Shown piece by piece: positions 63,782 to 64,000 of a DNA stretch of 64,000 bases. Source of the DNA: an uncultured Nitrososphaeraceae archaeon (GTDB taxonomy: Archaea; Thermoproteota; Nitrososphaeria; Nitrososphaerales; Nitrososphaeraceae). A model generated the notes under the pieces. It was given only the letters and a program-made list of their open reading frames with translations. It ran no database searches and was not told the DNA's origin. Where the stretch lies: contig CAVSMN010000007.1 in NCBI GenBank assembly GCA_963729045.1, forward strand, positions 96,001 to 160,000, in the 5' to 3' direction. Within the stretch, counting starts at the first letter, position 1, and each line of letters opens with the position of its first letter. The position numbers were made by a program, and so were the translations under genes.

Positions 63782-64000
63782 ATGGATGATTTTGATAAAG
63801 ATTTTCCAGGATTTGATTGGAAAAATACTCCCGCTTATAAACATCCAGGAGGAAAAGACTGTCCTTGTCCGAAGCACGAGTATATTAGAGAGCAAATTAA
63901 TGTTGCCAAAACTTTAAATACAAATAGTAAAAATGTAGATACTGATAAAAAACCTGCTTCAAATGTTACCCTTAAATTTTGTCCTGATCATTATAATGTT
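63782..64000 (+). CDS. Hypothetical protein, partial at the window end
   Basis: Open frame MDDFDKDFPGFDWKNTPAYKHPGGKDCPCPKHEYIREQI...FCPDHYNV. Confidence 0.65.
   Translation, partial: MDDFDKDFPGFDWKNTPAYKHPGGKDCPCPKHEYIREQINVAKTLNTNSKNVDTDKKPASNVTLKFCPDHYNV

Overview
AT-rich archaeal chromosome segment. Gene content and style suggest an ammonia-oxidising Nitrososphaerales archaeon, probably Nitrosocosmicus-like (inference). Positions 1-35.8 kb and 54-64 kb are mostly core genes: larE-larC divergent from mdh-larB; rpl18-rps5-rpl30-rpl15-secY-adk-cmk-cbf5; priL/priS; mtnA; pepA; a stand-alone 5S rRNA; ABCE1; cobT; geranylgeranyl reductase; corA; hflX; glyS. An accessory region (~36-48.7 kb) ends at an intron-containing tRNA-Ser(GGA). 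It holds a decayed SSV-type integrase element, a membrane protein with two AmoC/PmoC-like D-x3-H-x12-H motifs followed by a TetR regulator, TMEM175 genes, and a patatin with a possible phasin partner. Other oddities: an ~830-bp block inside secY with abruptly different synonymous codon usage, a 236-bp low-complexity insert, a candidate structured ncRNA, several ~52-aa Cys-rich microproteins and coding tandem repeats. At least nine genes carry +1 single-base insertions, most likely sequencing or assembly errors.
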